DNA of 63,946 nucleotides, filler included, from Folioceros fuciformis (GCA_049999805.1; 8 parts of 8 records of this genome joined end to end with filler, not necessarily neighbours in it); one strand, 5' to 3'. Positions 13,919 to 25,721 are shown, counted from the first letter of the whole stretch. Numbers and translations are program-made. Notes: a model not told the origin generated them from the sequence alone.

Positions 13919-14147
13919 GAGGTCAGGACATCCTCAATCTTTTGCCTCCTAGGTCTAGAACGCGGCGAGGTAATGTCCGTACCCCCATGCAATTCCATGA
14001 GCGAGGATAGAACCGAGTATTGAAGAATTTCATGAAATGAAGCAGCTTATGCTTCGAGTTATTTTTTATTTGTTTTCGTTGTTGGCAGTGCTGGCATCAC
14101 AGTACTGACTAGTTAACTCCATGCCCATGTAATATAGTTCTCTCACA

Positions 14148-16137
14148 TTACGCTCTTACAGCGTGCCGGGCTGTGTATCGCAAAGCCGCCGATCGGTACA
14201 CATCCGCATGTGCGAAAACTGATTCTGATGCAGATCACACAACAGATAAGCTGGTAAGTCTTGACAGCGTACCGTACACATGACTCAAGGCGAGCAGACA
14301 GGCTCGAGATTCCTCACCATCTTGGGGCCTTGAATAACCACCACCCATGGTGATGACAAGAGGCACTTCTCGCTTCAGGCATTCACTGTACACCATGTTG
14401 TTCCGTCTGAGCAATCCGTTCCTGCGAAGACCAACCACATCGTGAAACGCCGCAAATCGCACTGCACACAAACTCGCTCAAAAAGTCTGCTCTTACCTTG
14501 TCATAGCAAGACGCCCGAAACTGTCTTCCTTCAGGGCATCCACACCTGCCTGTTACATCCATTCAGCCCACGAAAGCGCAAAAGTGTTCAGTTTAAATGC
14601 CTGACAGTCCTCCCCTCTGTGAAGATATAATGAGAAACGCTGGCGGAACAAACAACCTGGAAGAACACCAGACTGGGTTGATGTCGATCGAACAAGACTG
14701 GTAGCCACTCAGCGAGAACTTGCAAGTATTCATCGTCAGCAGTCCCATCAGACAAATCCACGTCATAGTCAGACTTCATTTTTGTTCTCCATGGATAATT
14801 GTTTGCTCCGTGCATGCTGAATGTAATCACTCGGTTATCATCCTCGAAAAGTTTAGCGGTACCATTGCCCTGTGTAGTTAACACGACAGAGCACGTTCAG
14901 TGACGAGGGCTTTGAATATGCACAAGCAAAGGAAGCCGACTTACGAGACCTCCCCCAACCTGATGCACGTCCAGATCAATCACGAGTACAGGATTACTGA
15001 GGTTACATCGCTCCTGGTAATGCTCCAAAGCTGCTACGGCTGCTACAGCTATGTCATTGAAAACACCTGTACAAGAAGCCTGACGGTCACTCCCCAGCCA
15101 AGTCTCTGAAGAAAAAGATCCAGTAGTACTAGAGACTGGTGGAGGTGTTGAAGCCCTACAAAAGCCCTCTCCATGGCTAGTGAAAGCATGATGTGTGCCC
15201 CCCGCAACATTGGCTGCAGCCCTTCGGAGGCCCAGCATCACAGCATGCATTGCACCCACCGTCCCCCTACAAACTCAGAAACGTTGTCAGCACTCCCAGG
15301 CATTGTCGGAGGTTACACCGACTTTTCACTCACCCAACAGAGGAACGAGATCGTTGTACAAGCTCGTTGCTCCAGGGGAAGCCCAAAGCTCGTTGTTCTT
15401 TATCATTCAATTCCCCGTGGAAAATTTTCTGGACGTACCTGTTTGCCAGATTCACGACCCCCTGTCATGGATAGGACAACTCAAAACCGTCACCCATTGC
15501 TGACTGTAAATTCGTCAAGCTAGGTGACACGAACTTTAGGGGTGTGGCGAGTCGATTTCCCGATACCGTATATCATGCACCAGAGCAAGCTCATGTTCAC
15601 TTGCCAGTGGGGCAGGGCAAGTTGCCAGCATATGCCGCAACGAGACGTCTCCCTCCAACAGGAGTCTGGTTGACCGATACCTGCAAAACCAACAATCCAC
15701 CTCAACCAAATCCGTAATGAGGAGCCTCGAAGCTGTTTCAAGGGAATGCATATCGACCAAGCGAGGAGTAAGCTACGCACTTGTCCATGGGAAACCTATG
15801 CCCTTCCGGGAGGGGAACCACATGATGGTCGGAGTAGAAAGCAAGCAGGCTGAACCCGCTTCCAGCATCCATAGCAGTTTTCTTGGTTACAGGGAAGTCC
15901 GAAGACCCAGATGTTGCTGTTATTGAGATCCCTCTCCATGCCCACAAATGCGACCCTGACGACATCCGACTCAACCGTCTCTACGGGATATACTACTCAA
16001 CCTGTGGAATCTGAAAACGTAGAAGCCCATCTCAAACCTTTGGACGCAGTGCAATATCTTGACAAAGTCGACAACCCCACTGCCCGTAGAGCGGGAAACA
16101 GTGCTCCCTGCTGCACGCCAGCAGCGCACACGCTCAT
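14148..16137 (-). CDS. Class IV / bacterial-type Zn-dependent histone deacetylase family protein, multi-exon
   Basis: Motifs PLPEGHRFPMDK|Y, GFPWS, GGTHHA, GEGFC|VFNDIA, IDLDVHQ|GNGTA, FSMHG..NYP, AGVD and GGGY are all intact. The stop is at 14148-14150. The first exon (16137-16038) is a plausible but unverified model. Confidence 0.88.
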
Positions 16138-16650
16138 GGCTGCCTTTAGGTACGATCGCATCAGGGGCAGAATCAGCCAAATTGACCAGTTTCCAAAAGT
16201 GGATTTCGGTGAGGAGCACCTGGACGGGCAGTTCCCTTTCGCCCGGCGCTCTCTCTTTCTCAGTCAAAGGAGGAGAGCCCCACAACCCGCAATCAAGAGT
16301 CAAGGCGCTCGGGGTGAAGGCAGCCGTGCGAAAGGTAGGCAGTGCTTGCATCTCTTATGTTCTATGCACGCCATTGTGTGTACCGAGCTTCTTCTGACAA
16401 AGGTCTGGATTCCTGTGCACCTCCTGAAACAGATAGGCTTTTATTGAGCACGTTACAGAGCCTGTGAGGGCACGGCGCACTGGCTCTTCCAGGATCCCCA
16501 GAGAGATGGTGGCGGGTCGTGCCTAAAATGGCAGATCTTCTTACCAGGAGGAGCATCTTGTCCGAGGTCCCGCACCCCGGGAAAGGAAGCATCTATAAGG
16601 CACGGCCTTGCCCACCACTTTGCCGGCTGCAGTTGGCTTGCAGGGGAATC

Positions 16651-17925
16651 ATGGCGTCCGCAGCAGCAGGGAACAACGGTGTCGGTACTGCAGTGGCCAT
16701 TGAGAAGGAAGGCGCAGCTGGGGCCGCGGGAGCGGCCGCAGCCCAGCAGCCGCTGATTGCCAAGCGGCTGGAGCAGTTCAAGACCACCATCTTCACCACG
16801 ATGAGCTTGCTTGCGCTGAAGCACAAGGCTGTGAATCTGGGGCAGGGCTTCCCCAACTTCGACGGCCCACAATTCGTAAAGGATGCGGCGGTACAGGCGG
16901 TCCTGGACGGCAGCAAGAACCAGTATGCAAGAGGGTTCGGGGTGCCAGAGCTCAACGCTGCTGTGGCCAGGAGCTTCTTCAAGGAGTCGGGGATCAAAGT
17001 GGATCCGGACAAGGAGGTGACCATCACGTCCGGGTGCACGGAAGCCATAGCTGCCAGCATGTTGGGTCTCATCAACCCGGGCGACGAGGTGGTTCTATTT
17101 GCGCCCTTCTACGACTCGTACCAGGCCACGCTGTCCATGGCAGGGGCCAAAGTGAAGGCGGTCACTCTGCGGCCTCCCGACTTCGCTGTTCCTGTGGAGG
17201 AGCTCCGGCAAGCGGTGTCCTCCAACACCCGGGCTATTTTAGTGAACACACCTCACAACCCAACAGGGAAGGTGTTCTCACGGGAGGAGCTGGAGCTGAT
17301 CGCCGACCTCTGCATCCAGCACGACGTCTTGGCTTTCACGGATGAGGTGTACAACAAGCTGGTGTTCAGCGGAGAGCATGTGTCCCTGGCGTCCATCAAA
17401 GGCATGTACGACAGGACAGTGACCATGAATTCTTTGGGCAAGACCTTCTCCCTCACAGGCTGGAAAGTGGGTTGGGCTGTCGCACCTCCCCGGCTCACAT
17501 GGGGGATTCGTCAAGCTCATGCTTTCCTCACCTTCACCACTCCCACCCCTTTGCAGTATGGAGCTGTGGCAGCCCTCAACGCCCCGGATTCTTACTACCA
17601 GGAGTTGGTGGCTGACTACAGGGCCAAGAAGGACATACTTGTCCAGGGCCTGAAGAGTGTTGGCTTCAAGGTTTATGAGCCTCAGGGCACCTACTTCGTC
17701 ATGGTCGATCACACTCCCTTCGGGTTTGAGTCCGACGTTGCCTTTGCCCAGTACTTGATAGAAGAAGTCGGCGTTGCAGCCATACCCCCCAGCGTCTTCT
17801 ACCTTCACCCTGAAGATGGCAAGAATTTGTTGAGATTTGCTTTCTGCAAGGATGAAGCTACCCTTAGAACAGGGATTGAAAGGCTTAAGGCTAAACTTAA
17901 GATTGCACCGCCCTCTTATTCGTAA
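16651..17925 (+). CDS. PLP-dependent class I/II aminotransferase (kynurenine/glutamine transaminase K, DapC-like), intronless
   Basis: Motifs NLGQGFPNFDGP, NTPHNPTGK, DEVY, SLGKTFSLTGWKVGW (PLP lysine) and RFAFCK. An alternative in-frame ATG lies at 16528, but the TATA-like tataag near 16594 favours 16651. Confidence 0.93.
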   Translation: MASAAAGNNGVGTAVAIEKEGAAGAAGAAAAQQPLIAKRLEQFKTTIFTTMSLLALKHKAVNLGQGFPNFDGPQFVKDAAVQAVLDGSKNQYARGFGVPELNAAVARSFFKESGIKVDPDKEVTITSGCTEAIAASMLGLINPGDEVVLFAPFYDSYQATLSMAGAKVKAVTLRPPDFAVPVEELRQAVSSNTRAILVNTPHNPTGKVFSREELELIADLCIQHDVLAFTDEVYNKLVFSGEHVSLASIKGMYDRTVTMNSLGKTFSLTGWKVGWAVAPPRLTWGIRQAHAFLTFTTPTPLQYGAVAALNAPDSYYQELVADYRAKKDILVQGLKSVGFKVYEPQGTYFVMVDHTPFGFESDVAFAQYLIEEVGVAAIPPSVFYLHPEDGKNLLRFAFCKDEATLRTGIERLKAKLKIAPPSYS

Positions 17926-19640
17926 CAGAGCTCACGAGGTTAGACATCTGCAGTCCTGTGACTCCTTGTAGCGGGTTACAAACTTCGATGGTGAACGCTG
18001 GCCAGGACGGAAAGGATTTGCAAAGCAGGTCCAGTCTCCCCCCCCTCCATGATCTTGTGCCCTCCCAAGAGTTGTTCTCAAAGGGAACCTGTTTCTGCCA
18101 GGCAGCCCAGCTGCCTTCGCCTCCTAATGGAACCACTAATTATGTATTTCTGGAACTCTTTCGAATCTTCCAGGAGTTTCACGTAATTGAAAAATACTGA
18201 GGACCCTTCTTACGGTACTTGGCAAACTGTTGATGAGTCTCTAAGCATTGAAGAATCTCGAACTGTTACACGGTTGACGAAGACAGGGAGAAAATGAGCT
18301 AGGGTGTGTAGTACATGTGCATGGTCATGCTGTTGTGGTTGGGTTTTCTTAAAGCGAGCCTTTAACATCATCAAATGGTTACATGCAATTGTGTGTTTAT
18401 TTGTTTGCCTAAGTGTAGATAAATTTCAGTACATAGAGACATGCATTTTCAACATGGTCCACATTGTGCCCAATATGCTTACCAACATGTAATTGCTTGC
18501 CACTTTCACACTTTTATTTTGTCAACCGCTGTTTTGAAAGAACTCATCTCTCCCTCAACTAGGAGCTTTGCTTTTTCTACTTGACACTCGAGGCTTGCCA
18601 TCTTCTCCTAAGATAGGATCCTAACTCTCTCCTTATGACACTCTAAGGCTCCCTTAGCTTATGTTCTCTAAGAGTAGAGACTCTAAGCTCCCACAACCTA
18701 CCCTCTAACAAAAAGCACATATGCTATGGTACCATAATGTGTGCTCTCTAAGAGAGCATACACTTGAACCACTCACATCCAATAGGCACCCTAGTCCTAT
18801 CCTCATCGTGTTGTTCTCTTCACTTGTGCGTCAAGGTAAGATGTTCGAATAACCTTATTCTCTCAAGGAAAATGCTATTGGAACCTTTGAAGCTCCTCAG
18901 TTGCCTTGGAGAAATCTGTTGTTGAACAACTATGTAATCCACATTCGTCAAGTAATTAACTCCAATTGTATATTATGGGTCCTATTGTTTGCGGTCTTAG
19001 AAACCCATAGCATTTGTACAATACATCTAAATTAGACCATAGAGAGTATATCCTAGGGGAATATAGAATAATGCCATGATTGGGGCATGATCCTTGTCAT
19101 CAAAGCACACAAATGTTTGACACATTTGTGTGCTTCACTTGATTGAACCAAAGATTGATCTTAGATGTCATTGTTTTATAACATGCACTATCTTTAGTAG
19201 ATTTACTCCATGGACCCACATGGGAAGGCACTATAGACAAGCCCAATATGTTAAGTCCATAGATGTATATAGGAAGAAGATACAATGACACTGGAAGATA
19301 GCCTATACTTCAAGTCCATGAACAAATACTAGAAGATAGCTCAACATGGGAATGCAGCCTTATGTGTCAAGTCCATGAACAATTACTAGAAGGTAGCTTG
19401 TGATTGGAATATTGAATGAAGGATGTTTAATTAGTATATGCTGGTTATGATTAGTTAGGGCACCCTTCATTAGGTTATGTTAATAATTAAAAGATGTAGC
19501 TGTTCGCTAGGATTGTGCCTTTTCATTAGTGCCTTTTGGGCTTGTTTAAAAGACTTACCTTCTTTATGAAAGATAACAGTGTATTCTTGAATATGTAGAC
19601 AATGTAATTCAATTCTATTTGAATAATCTGTAAATCCCAT

Positions 19641-20300
19641 TTAAAATAACAATAGCCTTGATGGCTCACAGTGGCATGGTGAGTCGAAACCAACACCAGC
19701 ACTGTCACCACTGGTGACTTTCCGAAAAGATTTCTCATTTTGGAATTTCATGGACAACATTGGATCCAGCTTCTTCTTGAGCCCACCGTCCTCAATCCAC
19801 ACCCATCCTGATAGACATCCAGGATCATGGTTAGAGGAGGAAACAAGAATTGTGGGCTGGCCAATAGCCATCATGGCTCCAACTCCTGTGATCCTTTGTA
19901 TATCTCTAGAGGCTTGTGTACAAATATCAAGGGTAGTATAAAGTCTTGGCCAAAAATAGTTGACAAGTTGGCGGCTAGAGAACTCGTCTCCACTTCCTAG
20001 TCCTTCGCACCAGCCCCATGCTGCTTTCATGTCTTGCATCAGCAACAGATGCAGATGCATGTAGTTCCCAAGATAACCAATACCACCAAGATCCCTTCAA
20101 TAACCCTTGCAACCCCTCCCCACACAACACTTTGAAACCTATTAGGGTGTGATGAAGCAATTGGCTTCTCTATGGACACCTCGACCTCACAGGATGTCTA
20201 TGTTCTCGTCAAGCTAATGGTGAGTAGCACTATGGGGTTGGCGTGCCTTTGTTGATCACACCAATCCTCACTTCAAATTCCCCATCTCTGGTCTCCAATG
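19641..20300 (-). mobile_element. Possible highly decayed Gypsy pol remnant (RNase H end / integrase zinc-binding region)
   Basis: Only weak fragments such as EFEVRIG and YFWPRLY, in broken frames. Confidence 0.25.
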
Positions 20301-20401
20301 ATCTCAAACGGTATGCTCTTTGAGCCCTCCAATTTCAACTTCAAAGACCAATGACGCTCTTCATCTCTAGTCCGATTGATGCAATGAGAAACCTTGCTAC
20401 A

Positions 20402-20713
20402 TTACAAGGCTGGTAAGAACAAAGTGATAAAGTTTCCTTGGTCCCGGCGTCTTTGTTGACCTCGTCTCCCAAGGGAGGCTACTACAAATAAAAAGGGGGA
20501 GCTAAAAGAGGAGGAGGTGGAGAGAAGGAGTTGGAGGAAGTTAAAATCACAATCTCCTTCTCCAATTATGATCACTCCGGCAATGGACCTTTCAAGGACA
20601 TGGTTCAAATGCTGAACAATGTGGTAGAAGTTAATAGAGAGATAGGGCTTGGTTTCGTTGCAACTCTAGGGAAAATTGGAGACAGCCTTCTCAAGCTTGG
20701 TGAAAAACTGTGA
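20402..20713 (+). mobile_element. Possible 3' remnant of the PIF/Harbinger second (Myb/SANT-like) ORF
   Basis: An amphipathic C-terminal helix (GFVATLGKIGDSLLKLGEKL) lies convergent with the Harbinger nuclease fragment. No Myb domain is visible. Confidence 0.35.
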
Positions 20714-20801
20714 TATGTTGGTTGTAGTTTGTAGAACGAGCTTTAGATTCAAATGAAAGTTGAAGACTTGATAAAGTAAGTTATGGAATCAGACAAAGTA
20801 A

Positions 20802-21362
20802 GGACCATGTTGCATGATTCATATAATGGCAAATCTTTAGAAATTCGTATCTCCCTCCAGATGCAACAAAACTCAAGAAATGTACACTTGTTAGAAAGCT
20901 CTTGTCAAGAGCTACACGCTGGTATAAACATCATTTGTAATTAAAGTTGTGCGCAAAGAGTTACAAGCACTAGACGATGCAAGAACCACATTACATGATG
21001 CATGTCATGGCAACTCTTTAAAACTATGTATCTTCCTCCAGATGCAATGAAACTCAATAAAGGTATACTTGTTAGAAAGCTCTTGTCAAGAACAACACGC
21101 TGGTACAAAAATCATTGTAATACAAGGTGTACACAGAGAGTTACGAGCACTGGATGATGCAGGAACCACGTTGCATGATTCATGTCATGGCAACTCTTTA
21201 AAACTACGTACCTCCCTCCAGATGCAACGAAACTCAAGGAATGTACACTTGTTGAAAATATCTTGTCAAGAGCTACATACTAGTATAAAAATCATTGTAA
21301 TACAAGGTGTACATGGAGAGTTATGAGCATTGGAAGATATAGGAGCCACGTTGCATAATTCA
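20802..21362. repeat. Tandem repeat, about 180-181 bp x 3
   Basis: Unit starts (ttgcatgatt/ttacatgatg) fall at 20810, 20991, 21171 and 21351. Units share ctccagatgcaa...cttgtcaaga. Confidence 0.9.
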
Positions 21363-21464
21363 AACATGAATCAACTTTAGAAGAAAATATCAAACTCTGG
21401 TTGAAACGAAACTAAAGCCACATAGGCTTGTTTCAAAACCCTTTTATAGAGCTACAATATAGAA

Positions 21465-22019
21465 CTACTCGCTGGGGTCGGAATCATGCTCTTGCTGCCA
21501 CAAGATAAGCGCTAGTTGGTCTCTTAAACTTTCTCCTACAAGATGTGTAGCGCTTGCACTTGGAACTGTAATGTAGTCAGGATCGTGCTGAGGGATTGTG
21601 TTCATAGCAGGGTCTGCATCATTATCTTGCATATCAATACTGATGTTATGTAGTATACAACAGCAGAATGCCAATTTGCCAACTGGCTTTGGATCTGGTG
21701 AACTTAGACGTTTGTTTAAGATACGCCAGGTGCCTTTTAAACGTCCAAATGCCCTTTCTACGACAATCCCGCTGGAGCTATGTTTGTAGTTGAAGGACTT
21801 CTTAAACATGCTCAAGTTTCTACCAGGGAAGGGAACAACGAGTCAAGGAAGTAATGGAAAATCGGCATCACCAAATATATACTCTTGGATTCTATGAGGA
21901 CCAACAAGCATATCAGATCCATGAAGTTGCTTCTTATCTTCTACTAATCGATATAGGCTAGAATTACAAAGAACTCTAGAATCGTTTACACTTTCTGGCC
22001 AGCCAGCATAAACATCAAT
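21465..22019 (-). mobile_element. PIF/Harbinger (HARBI1/ALP1-like) DDE nuclease, C-terminal remnant
   Basis: DVYAGWPESVNDSRVL...YIFGDADFPLLP*LVVPF...FNYKHS...VERAFGRLKGTWRIL...CCILHN, with an in-frame TGA at 21843-21845. Similarity stops abruptly at about 22020. Confidence 0.88.
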
Positions 22020-22268
22020 TGTTAAGCATGATTAATGTTGAGATTAATTAGTGCTAATCCAACTTATTGAGTTTGTACTAATTAGTGGTAAGAGTGATTA
22101 AGGTTATGATTAATATATATAGCTTATTAGACTTTGTTATGTTAGGCAAAAAGGTATTGTAGGGTTTGGGGTCATTTATCCCATATTGGCCACGAAATGG
22201 GAGTGCCACCCATAGGTCCATAAAAGAAGGGATGAACCCACCTAGTATTTGTAGTCTAACTCCCTCTT
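22020..22268 (+). mobile_element. Probable LTR start inserted into the Harbinger nuclease
   Basis: Begins TGTTAAG exactly where nuclease similarity ends. It is AT-rich with a TATA-like cataaaag and is cut off by the scaffold end. Confidence 0.45.
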
Positions 22269-22368
22269 NNNNNNNNNNNNNNNNNNNNNNNNNNNNNNNN
22301 NNNNNNNNNNNNTTAATTAATTAANNNNNNNNNNNNNNNNNNNNNNNNNNNNNNNNNNNNNNNNNNNN
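22269..22368. other. Artificial scaffold-joining spacer
   Basis: N(44)-TTAATTAATTAA-N(44), which gives stops in all six frames. Confidence 0.97.
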
Positions 22369-22915
22369 TCTTCCAGGACCGGGTCATGGGGTTCACCACG
22401 CAGATGCCCGCCATCTGGTTGACCAACTCAATGTGGAAGAGACAGAGAAGCCCGTCCTGCGCCAAAGCGGTGCTGCATCCCCACGCCAGCACGGTCTCCG
22501 GGAGGAAGGACAGATCCACCAACCGGACATCGTACACGAAACCTCTTGCCCCGTTGGCCAGCGGGTGCGTGGACCGCGGCTTCACAGAGGACAACATCTC
22601 GAAGGAGCACACAGGGCCCGGGCCCGGGGGCCGCAGGGCTCCCGACGCTGCCTGCAGATCCTTGAACTTCGAAGATTCCAGCAAAGTGCGCCAGGATTTG
22701 CACACGGCGCGGAATCGGAGGAGGCTGGTGGTGGGCAGCATCGCTAGCACCCGTTCCAGCAGCTCCGACGGGAGCCCGCCCCATACCCTCTCGCGCATCT
22801 CCGCCGTCAGGCACAAAGCTCCGTTGAGCCCACCTTCAATCATGTACAGCTTCAGTTGCAGCCCTTTCCTCGGTTTGCTGCTCCGGCTCGCCGGACTCCA
22901 TTCCTGCGGCTCCAT
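22369..22915 (-). CDS. F-box (kelch/FBA-type) protein, 3'-truncated by scaffold end
   Basis: F-box VWGGLPSELLERVLAMLPTTSLLRFRAVCKSW, followed by GLLC...VVNPMTRSWK. The start is uncertain. Confidence 0.85.
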
Positions 22916-23244
22916 CGCACCTGAGTTTCGTCGTGTTCTCAACAGTCAGNNNNNNNNNNNNNNNNNNNNNNNNNNNNNNNNNNNNNNNNNNNNNNNNNNN
23001 NNNNNNNNNNNNNNNNNNNNNNNNNNNNNNNNNNNNNNNNNNNNNNNNNGGCCTCCTCTCACTGACCATTCGCCTTTCATATAAATATGCCAGTGAAAGA
23101 GCAAGGCGAAACCGGAGTGTGAAGAACCGCAAAATAGCGAAGACCCAATGAATCAAAGCCTAAATGCTGACGGGATGATTTCCTGGAGCTGGCCGTAGTG
23201 CCCAGTGGACCCTGCAGCGAGGGTCACAATCCTGACTTAGTATC

Positions 23245-25479
23245 GTGGAAGAGTTTGTTTCTCGAGAGGTGCGGTTACAGGAGGAGACGGTTCATGTGAT
23301 GCACCTCCTTGGTCACCCGGCTGTGGTACTTCCTGCTGCGACGTACGGGTATCTGCTGCAAGGATGTTGGAGGATGAAGGTCCTGGATGAAGGATGTGGA
23401 GTTCATACCCAAATCGTTGAGGCTGGGCTGCTGGAGTACAGCAGCTATGTGGGTGATTCCATCGTCAGCAGGCTTGTGGGCTGCGGAAGTCTGCAGGGTG
23501 CCCTCAAGGGTATTGGCAGAGTGCCACAACGCAGCACCTTCACATGGACATCCAATATCTCAGGGCTGGTCAAAAATGGGCAGAATGGAGAGGCTTTGAA
23601 ACGCTACCACCAGATGGTGGCCGAGGGTGTTAATCCGGACCAGTACACATATGTGAGTGTGCTTCGAGCCTGTAGCGGTCTGGCAGATCTGCAGGAGGGC
23701 AAGAGGGTTCATTTCAGAGTGGTTCAGGACCAGTGTGAGCTGCAGTTGTTCGTGGCAACGGCTCTGGTCGACATGTATGCCAAATGTGGGAGCATGGTGG
23801 ATGCACAGCAACTGTTTGACAGGGTGCCCCATCGGAATGTGGTGGTATGGAGTGCTATGATTTCTGGCTACGCACAGCAAGGGCAGGGGGCGAAAGCTTT
23901 GCAGCTTTTTGATCACATGCGAAGGGAGGGTGTGAGACTAGATGATCGGGCTTTCATCAGTGCTTTGAAAGCTTGTGGAAGCCTGTCTGCTGCAGAAGAG
24001 GCTAGAACTTGTGATGGACGACAATTTAAGCTGGACTCTCTGAGAAAGGTCAGGGAAATCCATGCTGATATTGTGAGAGAGGGGTTTGGAGCAAGTGTGT
24101 TTTTGGGAACCACGTTGGTTGATACATATGCCAAATCTGGAAGCATGTTTGATGCGCAGAGGGTTTTCGACAACCTGCACAACCGCAACGTAGTGTCTTG
24201 GAGTGCATTGATCGCTGGATATGCGCAGGACGAACAAGGTGAGGCGGCTGTGCAACGGTACCACCAGATGAAAGGAGACGATGTGGAGCCAAATACGTGG
24301 ACGTTTGTCAGTGTACTGAAAGCTTGCGGCAGCCTTGCAGCAGGGGAGGGCTCCGTTTTCGTCAAGGGACAACTGCTGAAAGTGCAAGCCCTCGAGATGG
24401 GTCATGCCATCCACGCTGACGTTGTAAGAAAAGGGTGCGAATCAGATGTGTTTGTCGGAACAGCTCTTGTTGACATGTATTCAAAGTGTGGGAGCATGGT
24501 GGATGCAGAGCAGATCTTCCACAAGCTATGTCAGCGGGATGTTGTTTGTTGGAATGCAATGATGGCTGGATACGCTCATCAAGAACGTGGCGAAGAGGCG
24601 ATGCAATTGTATGCTCAAATGCAGGAAGCTGGTGTGATGCCAACGTCTGCCACCTTTATCTCTCTTCTCAAAGCATGCAGCAATATAGGGGCTCTGAACA
24701 TGTGTACGCGGGTGTACCATGATGTACTAAACATCGGAACGGATCTGAACTCAGTATCTACCTCTCTCATTCATGCATTTGGAAAATGTGGGTGCATGGA
24801 TTCTGCTCGGATTGTCTTTGATAGCTTACCAAGGCAGGATGTGCTGCAGTGGAGTGCATTGATAGCAGGGTATGCTCGTCAGGGGGAGCACAAAATGAGC
24901 TTGAATCTGTTGAAAGAAATGCGGCAGGCCGGCATCAATCCCAATGGAGTCACATTTGTATCTATTCTTACTGCGTGCGGTCATGCTGGCTTGGTGGACG
25001 ATGGCGTCAAGTGCTTCGATTGCATGACAGGGAGATACGGGATCGCCCCAACTATTCAGCATTATGCTAGCCTGCTTGATATGCTTGCTCGTGCGGGACG
25101 CTTTGATGAGGTGCAGGACATTCTTTCGAGGATGCCTATCCAGCCCAACCTAGCCATATGGTTGTGTCTGCTGGGTGCCTGCCGAAAGTTCAGGAACGTG
25201 CAACTTGGAAGAAAAGCGTTCGATTCTGCTGTTACGCTAGAACCCAAACACAGCACTTCCTATATAGTCATGTCGAACATTTATGCCGAGGCAGATTTGT
25301 GGAAGGAGGCCAGGAAGGTAGACGAAATGAGGGTCAGGGCAGGTGCTTGGAAACAGCCGGGGAAGAGCTGGGTTGAACTTGGGGGCCAAGTACATGCGTT
25401 TGTGGTACATGACAGAAACCACGAGCAAAAGGATCTGGTGTACTCTAAATTGAGAGAGTTAAGGCGAGCAATGTCGTGA
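23245..25479 (+). CDS. PLS-class pentatricopeptide repeat protein, E1-E2-E+ (no DYW deaminase), intronless
   Basis: Repeated ALVDMYAKCGS..DA...FD....RNVV.W..MI.GY triplets, E motifs (HYASLLDMLARAG; YIVMSNIYA) and the PG box KQPGKSWVE. It stops before any HxE/CxxC. The first in-frame ATG is at 23299. Confidence 0.95.
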   Translation: MEEFVSREVRLQEETVHVMHLLGHPAVVLPAATYGYLLQGCWRMKVLDEGCGVHTQIVEAGLLEYSSYVGDSIVSRLVGCGSLQGALKGIGRVPQRSTFTWTSNISGLVKNGQNGEALKRYHQMVAEGVNPDQYTYVSVLRACSGLADLQEGKRVHFRVVQDQCELQLFVATALVDMYAKCGSMVDAQQLFDRVPHRNVVVWSAMISGYAQQGQGAKALQLFDHMRREGVRLDDRAFISALKACGSLSAAEEARTCDGRQFKLDSLRKVREIHADIVREGFGASVFLGTTLVDTYAKSGSMFDAQRVFDNLHNRNVVSWSALIAGYAQDEQGEAAVQRYHQMKGDDVEPNTWTFVSVLKACGSLAAGEGSVFVKGQLLKVQALEMGHAIHADVVRKGCESDVFVGTALVDMYSKCGSMVDAEQIFHKLCQRDVVCWNAMMAGYAHQERGEEAMQLYAQMQEAGVMPTSATFISLLKACSNIGALNMCTRVYHDVLNIGTDLNSVSTSLIHAFGKCGCMDSARIVFDSLPRQDVLQWSALIAGYARQGEHKMSLNLLKEMRQAGINPNGVTFVSILTACGHAGLVDDGVKCFDCMTGRYGIAPTIQHYASLLDMLARAGRFDEVQDILSRMPIQPNLAIWLCLLGACRKFRNVQLGRKAFDSAVTLEPKHSTSYIVMSNIYAEADLWKEARKVDEMRVRAGAWKQPGKSWVELGGQVHAFVVHDRNHEQKDLVYSKLRELRRAMS

Positions 25480-25721
25480 TATTGCTAGGATAAAGAAACT
25501 TTCAGTGCTAGATTCACGGGCGACATGGTATCCATCATGTAGTGCCGGGCTGCGATTCTCGGCCGACAACATTGAAAAAAAGATGCAGCTTGTCCGGAGA
25601 AAGACAGCAGAAAAAAAGCCACTTGTTTCCAGACCATCTTCCGAAGTTCATGTAGACGATCTAGTGGCTCCCGGCATTGTCAGAAGAGCCACCCAGTTGA
25701 TCTTCATGATAGTCCAGTCGA

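Noticed and set aside
21465-22019. Domesticated ALP1/HARBI1 gene
   Set aside because: The in-frame stop, 5' truncation and TE-rich context indicate a dead transposon.
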